16,458 bases of DNA. Source: Utricularia gibba (lineage: Eukaryota > Plantae > Magnoliophyta). The position numbers and the translations under genes are program-made. The stretch is from NCBI GenBank assembly GCA_002189035.1, contig NEEC01000276.1, forward strand, positions 1 through 16,458. Direction: 5' to 3'. Of the stretch, positions 12,201 to 16,458 are shown piece after piece. Under the pieces are notes generated by a model that saw nothing but the letters and a program-made list of their open reading frames with translations, had not been told where the DNA came from and did no database searches. Numbering within the stretch: the first letter of the stretch is position 1; every line of letters begins with the position of its first letter.

Positions 12201-13993
12201 ACAAAGGCATCATTTTCTTTAATCGATTTGCATCCGGTTGACCTCATGAGCATACAGAATCGGGGTCAAGGACCAAGTTCCCAGCGAGACTGGCCGCCAC
12301 AAAACGAGAAGCTGTTCCTTGAAAAACCATGTAGGCAGCCCCCGAAAACTGAACGTTAATAAATACATCACTTTATTTCCGAGCTACAACTAACTCTCGG
12401 CGCAAGCCAAACCTGACCTTTGTCCCGTTCCAGGTGCACCCCAAGACCGCCTCCTCAAGTATAAAGCAAGTTGTTGAAAAAATCATGTGGGGTGCACGTG
12501 ATATCGTAATTTAAACAAGGCATCATTTTTTTAATCGATTTGCATCCGGTTGACCTCATGAGCATACAGAATCGGGGTCAAGGACCAAGTTCCCAGCGAG
12601 ACTGGCCGCCACAAAACGAGAAGCTGTTCCTTGAAAAACCATGTAGGCAGCCCCCAAAACTGAACGTTAATAAATACATCACTTTATTTTCCGAGCTACA
12701 ACTAACTCTCGGCGCAAGCCAAACCTGACCTTTGTCCCGTTCTAGGTGCACCCCAAGACCGCCTCCTCAAGTATAAAGTAAGTTGTTGAAAAAATCATGT
12801 GGGTGCACGTGATATCGTAATTTAAACAAAGGCATCATTTTTTTAATCGATTTGCATCCGGTTGACCTCATGAGCATACAGAATCGGGGTCAAGGACCAA
12901 GTTCCCAGCGAGACTGGCCCACAAAACGAGAAGCTGTTCCTTGAAAAACCATGTAGGCAGCCCCAAAACTGAACGTTAATAAATACATCACTTTATTTGC
13001 CGTACAACTAACTCTCGGCGCAAGCCAAACCTGACCTTTGTCCCGTTCCAGGTGCACCCCAAGACCGCCTCCTCAAGTATAAAGTAAGTTGTTGAAAAAA
13101 TCATGTGGGTGCACGTGATATCGTAATTTAAACAAAGGCATCATTTTCTTTAATCGATTTCCATCCGGTTGACCTCATGAGCCATACAGAATCGGGGTCA
13201 AGGACCAAGTCCCAGCGAGACTGGCCGCCACAAAACGAGAAGCTGTTCCTTGAAAAACCATGTAGGCAGCCCCCAAAAACTGAACGTTAATAAATACATC
13301 ACTTTATTTGCCGTGTTACAACTAACTCTCGGCGCAAGCCAAACCTGACCTTTGTCCCGTTCCAGGTGCACCCCAAGACCGCCTCCACAAGTATAAAGCA
13401 AGTTGTTGAAAAAATCATGTGGGGTGCACGTGATATCGTAATTTAAAGAAAGGCATCATTTTCTTTAATCGATTTCCATCCGGTTGACCTCATGAGCCAT
13501 ACAGAATCGGGGTCCAGGACCAAGTTCCCAGCGAGACTGGCCGCCACAAAACGAGAAGCTGTTCCTTGAAAAACCATGTAGGCAGCCCCCAAAAACTGAA
13601 CGTTAATAAATACATCACTTTATTTCCGGCTACAACTAACTCTCGGCGCAAGCCAAACCTGACCTTTGTCCCGTTCAGGTGCACCCCAAGACCGCCTCCT
13701 CAAGTATAAAGTAAGTTGTTGAAAAAATCATGTGGGTGCACGTGATATCGTAATTTAAACAAAGGCATCATTTTCTTTAATCGATTTGCATCCGGTTGAC
13801 CTCATGAGCCATACATAATCGGGTCAAGGACCAAGTTCCCAGCGAGACTGGCCGCCACAAAAACGAGAAGCTGTTCCTTGAAAAACCATGTAGGCAGCCC
13901 CCAAAAACTGAACGTTAATAAATACATCACTTTATTTTCCGAGCTACAACTAACTCTCGGCGCAAGCCAAACCTGACCTTTGTCCCGTTCTAG

Positions 13994-14057
13994 GTGCACC
14001 CCAAGACCGCCTCCTCAAGTATAAAGTAAGTTGTTGAAAAAATCATGTGGGGTGCAC
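13994..14057. repeat. 10 bp perfect inverted repeat GTGCACCCCA / TGGGGTGCAC with a 44 bp AT-rich spacer (one per monomer; example copy)
   Basis: Arms are at 13994-14003 and 14048-14057. The same arrangement is present in nearly all intact monomers, apart from C/G run-length noise. Confidence 0.85.
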
Positions 14058-14192
14058 GTGATATCGTAATTTAAACAAAGGCATCATTTTTTTAATCGAT
14101 TTGCATCCGGTTGACCTCATGAGCCATACATAATCGGGGTCAAGGACCAAGTTCCCAGCGAGACTGGCCGCCACAAAACGAGAAGCTGTTCC
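14034..14192. repeat. Sub-unit A (159 bp) of the dimeric monomer, example copy
   Basis: Starts TTGAAAAAATCATGTGGGG and aligns almost without gaps to sub-unit B. Confidence 0.75.
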
Positions 14193-14347
14193 TTGAAAAA
14201 CCATGTAGGCAGCCCCCAAAACTGAACGTTAATAAATACATCACTTTATTTTCCGAGCTACAACTAACTCTCGGCGCAAGCCAAACCTGACCTTTGTCCC
14301 GTTCTAGGTGCACCCCAAGACCGCCTCCTCAAGTATAAAGTAAGTTG
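14193..14347. repeat. Sub-unit B (155 bp) of the dimeric monomer, example copy
   Basis: Starts TTGAAAAACCATGTAGGC and is about 52% identical to sub-unit A over 120 gapless positions (consensus sequences, hand count). Confidence 0.75.
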
Positions 14348-16458
14348 TTGAAAAAATCATGTGGGTGCACGTGATATCGTAATTTAAACAAAGGCATCAT
14401 TTTTTTTAATCGATTTGCATCCGGTTGACCTCATGAGCATACATAATCGGGGTCAAGGACCAAGTTCCCAGCGAGACTGGCCGCCACAAAACGAGAAGCT
14501 GTTCCTTGAAAAACCATGTAGGCAGCCCCCAAAACTGAACGTTAATAAATACATCACTTTATTTCCGAGCTACAACTAACTCTCGGCGCAAGCCAAACCT
14601 GACCTTTGTCCCGTTCTAGGTGCACCCCAAGACCGCCTCCTCAAGTATAAAGTAAGTTGTTGAAAAAATCATGTGGGGTGCACGTGATATCGTAATTTAA
14701 ACAAAGGCATCATTTTTTTAATCGATTTGCATCCGGTTGACCTCATGAGCCATACAGAATCGGGGTCAAGGACCAAGTTCCCAGCGAGACTGGCCGCCAC
14801 AAAACGAGAAGCTGTTCCTTGAAAAACCATGTAGGCAGCCCCCAAAAACTGAACGTTAATAAATACATCACTTTATTTTCCGAGCTACAACTAACTCTCG
14901 GCGCAAGCCAAACCTGACCTTTGTCCCGTTCCAGGTGCACCCCAAGACCGCCTCCACAAGTATAAAGCAAGTTGTTGAAAAAATCATGTGGGGTGCACGT
15001 GATATCGTAATTTGGCATCATTTTTTTAATCGATTTGCATCCGGTTGACCTCATGAGCCATACAGAATCGGGGTCAAGGACCAAGTTCCCAGCGAGACTG
15101 GCCGCCACAAAACGAGAAGCTGTTCCTTGAAAAACCATGTAGGCAGCCCCCAAAAACTGAACGTTAATAAATACATCACTTTATTTGCCGAGCTACAACT
15201 AACTCTCGGCGCAAGCCAAACCTGACCTTTGTCCCGTTCTAGGTGCACCCCAAGACCGCCTCCTCAAGTATAAAGTAAGTTGTTGAAAAAATCATGTGGG
15301 GTGCACGTGATATCGTAATTTAAACAAAGCATCATTTTTTTTAATCGATTTGCATCCGGTTGACCTCATGAGCATACATAATCGGGTCAAGGACCAAGTT
15401 CCCAGCGAGACTGGCCGCCACAAAACGAGAAGCTGTTCCTTGAAAAACCATGTAGGCAGCCCCCAAAACTGAACGTTAATAAATACATCACTTTATTTCC
15501 GAGCTACAACTAACTCTCGGCGCAAGCCAAACCTGACCTTTGTCCCGTTCTAGGTGCACCCCAAGACCGCCTCCTCAAGTATAAAGTAAGTTGTTGAAAA
15601 AATCATGTGGGGTGCACGTGATATCGTAATTTAAAAAGGCATCATTTTCTTTAATCGATTTGCATCCGGTTGACCTCATGAGCCATACAGAATCGGGGTC
15701 AAGGACCAAGTTCCCAGCGAGACTGGCCGCCACAAAACGAGAAGCTGTTTCTTGAAAAACCATGTAGCAGCCCCCAAAACTGAACGTTAATAAATACATC
15801 ACTTTATTTCCGAGCTACAACTAACTCTCGGCGCAAGCCAAACCTGACCTTTGTCCCGTTCCAGGTGCACCCCAAGACCGCCTCCTCAAGTATAAAGCAA
15901 GTTGTTGAAAAAATCATGTGGGTGCACGTGATATCGTAATTTAAACAAAGGCATCATTTTCTTTAATCGATTTCCATCCGGTTGACCTCATGAGCCATAC
16001 AGAATCGGGTCAAGGACCAAGTTCCCAGCGAGACTGGCCGCCACAAAACGAGAAGCTGTTCCTTGAAAAACCATGTAGGCAGCCCCCAAAAACTGAACGT
16101 TAATAAATACATCACTTTATTTGCCGAGCTACAACTAACTCTCGGCGCAAGCCAAACCTGACCTTTGTCCCGTTCCAGGTGCACCCCAAGACCGCCTCCT
16201 CAAGTATAAAGCAAGTTGTTGAAAAAATCATGTGGGTGCACGTGATATCGTAATTTAAACAAAGGCATCATTTTCTTTAATCGATTTCCATCCGGTTGAC
16301 CTCATGAGCCATACAGAATCGGGGTCAAGGACCAAGTTCCCAGCGAGACTGGCCGCCACAAAACGAGAAGCTGTTCCTTGAAAAACCATGTAGGCAGCCC
16401 CCAAAAACTGAACGTTAATAAATACATCACTTTATTTTCCGAGCTACAACTAACTCTC

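Larger units (their letters stand above)
13926..14239. repeat. Representative near-consensus monomer (314 bp)
   Basis: Runs from anchor ATCACTTT at 13926 to the base before the next anchor at 14240, and contains all consensus motifs in order. Confidence 0.95.
1..16458. repeat. Tandem satellite-like DNA array, ~312-315 bp monomer, ~50 head-to-tail copies, running off both window ends
   Basis: The anchor ATCACTTTATT recurs at 1, 313, 625, 934, 1243, 1551, 1826, 2131, 2440, 2749, 3062, 3371, 3686, 4000 and onward to 16111 and 16426. Consensus: ATCACTTTATTTTCCGAGCTACAACTAACTCTCGGCGCAAGCCAAACCTGACCTTTGTCCCGTTCYAGGTGCACCCCAAGACCGCCTCCWCAAGTATAAAGYAAGTTGTTGAAAAAATCATGTGGGGTGCACGTGATATCGTAATTTAAACAAAGGCATCATTTTYTTTAATCGATTTSCATCCGGTTGACCTCATGAGCCATACAKAATCGGGGTCAAGGACCAAGTTCCCAGCGAGACTGGCCGCCACAAAACGAGAAGCTGTTCCTTGAAAAACCATGTAGGCAGCCCCCAAAAACTGAACGTTAATAAATAC. 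Hand-counted GC is about 45%. No inverted monomers were seen. Confidence 0.97.
9249..16458. repeat. Regular block 2: 23 full monomers plus a partial copy
   Basis: There are 24 anchors from 9249 to 16426, giving a mean period of 7177/23 = 312 bp. Differences are mostly homopolymer lengths and a few recurrent substitutions. Confidence 0.95.

Noticed and set aside
13983-13999. CENP-B box-like TCCCGTTC(C/T)AGGTGCAC
   Set aside because: It matches only the CCCG end plus one base (about 5 of 9 essential positions of NTTCGNNNNANNCGGGN on the reverse strand). The TTCG half is missing.
14034-14057. Assignment to a named satellite (e.g. grass CentO/CentC type from subunit size and the AAAATCATGTGGGGTG motif, or other ~312 bp plant satellites)
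   Set aside because: The resemblance is limited to length and a short motif recalled from memory. A BLAST or Repbase search is needed, so no family or organism is claimed.
13926-14239. Promoter-like words (TATAAA, AATAAA, CACGTG) in each monomer
   Set aside because: These are short motifs expected in AT-rich patches. There is no downstream gene or other evidence of transcription.
189-16184. Dozens of 60-136 aa ORFs, mostly on the minus strand (e.g. MHLERDKGQVWLAPRVSCSSENKVMYLLTFSF...)
   Set aside because: They are repeated translations of the same monomer, switching frame at homopolymer indels. The consensus has stops in all three minus-strand frames, so no continuous repeat-protein ORF exists. 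I recognise no domain.
1-16458. Rolling-circle or MDA concatemer of a single ~313 nt circle (viroid-like RNA, eccDNA or mini-replicon)
   Set aside because: The size fits the viroid range, but monomers fall into linked haplotypes and mosaics, which one template plus random error would not give. The consensus has no hammerhead core (CTGANGA...GAAA) on either strand and no obvious rod-like self-complementarity. An eccDNA carrying many monomers cannot be excluded from sequence alone.
1-16458. CRISPR array
   Set aside because: There are no unique spacers. The entire 313 bp unit repeats.
1-16458. Tandem RNA gene cluster (5S rDNA, tRNA, snRNA or spliced-leader repeat)
   Set aside because: I recognise no 5S, tRNA, snRNA or SL sequence, no Pol III A/B/C boxes and no cloverleaf in the monomer.
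1-16458. Strict higher-order repeat with a fixed number of monomers
   Set aside because: Haplotype order along the array did not repeat at any constant offset that I could find by hand. Only sporadic long-range sharing was seen.

Overview
The whole window is one head-to-tail tandem array of a ~312-315 bp, ~45% GC monomer (about 50 copies, all in the same orientation), with no unique flanking sequence. It looks like eukaryotic satellite DNA. I find no credible gene, RNA gene, transposon or CRISPR array. The ORFs in the track are repeated translations of the same monomer, broken by stops and homopolymer frameshifts. The array is regular at ~1-4100 (13 monomers) and 9249-16458 (23 full monomers, mean spacing 312 bp). 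The middle (~4100-9250) mixes intact monomers with scrambled segments built from monomer motifs. The main non-obvious observation is that the monomer is itself a diverged dimer of two ~155-160 bp subunits, about 52% identical over a 120 nt gapless hand alignment. Monomers also carry linked, recurring substitutions that define haplotypes and mosaics, which favours a genuine genomic array over a rolling-circle copy of one template. Frequent homopolymer length noise suggests long-read or poorly polished sequence. I cannot name the family or organism, and I see no support for a new protein-coding or RNA system. All counts are by hand.
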